Origin: an uncultured Prevotella sp.
GTDB taxonomy: Bacteria; Bacteroidota; Bacteroidia; Bacteroidales; Bacteroidaceae
Direction: 5' to 3'
DNA length: 38,539 nt
NCBI GenBank assembly: GCA_939792625.1
Contig: CALNFG010000001.1
Location: 1-38,539, forward strand
Both the position numbers and the translations under genes were made by a program. Below the pieces are notes generated by a model. The model had not been told where the DNA came from, ran no database searches, and worked only from the letters and a program-made list of their open reading frames with translations. Each line of letters begins with the position of its first letter. Position 1 is the stretch's first letter. Of this stretch, positions 38,471 through 38,539 are shown one piece after another.

Positions 38471-38539
38471 TCAAAAGAGTTCCTGTTGTGCCATTCTTTC
38501 CGCATGTACGGGCAGAGCATCCGGCTTGTTGTCAAAGAA
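38471..38539 (-). CDS. 3' end of an unidentified CDS entering from the right edge
   Basis: Open frame FFDNKPDALPVHAERMAQQELF-stop, followed by a hairpin. Confidence 0.4.
   Translation of the reverse strand, partial: FFDNKPDALPVHAERMAQQELF

Overview
Chromosomal segment of a Bacteroidales bacterium, most like Prevotellaceae, judged from TAnnTTTG -7 promoters, A-rich translation starts and gene content. Left core block (1-8.4 kb): RecD-like helicase, rmuC, a PhoB/PhoR-like two-component pair with 11-bp-periodic upstream boxes, a CNNM/CBS (TlyC-type) protein, a GNAT and a RhaR-like AraC regulator. Accessory-looking middle block (8.5-23.6 kb, no integrase seen): (i) an AraC-divergent outer-membrane cassette (porin-family, POTRA-less Omp85-family, and an HMA-like small domain fused to a signal-peptide-bearing beta-barrel); (ii) a 9-gene AraC-divergent redox/detox cluster in which 7 genes carry Sec or twin-arginine signal peptides and whose two promoters share a tandem operator; (iii) an HxlR regulator divergent from a secreted MBL-fold-like protein. 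Right core block: tRNA-Gln(CTG), rsfS, ftsH (broken by one extra base), cdsA, yjbQ, lpxB, surE, parA, parB, DUF5683, MltD-like, relA/spoT, pectin methylesterase and an AT-rich DUF4240 gene. The most striking non-coding signal is a dispersed element present three times: four phased 22-bp units (AAAAG-N5-CTTTT core) plus a CTGATTATCA-type end motif, with one copy bracketed by a 17-bp direct repeat. There are also 7-, 8- and 9-bp inverted tandem-repeat arrays, two of which invade gene ends. All calls are by eye; no searches were run.
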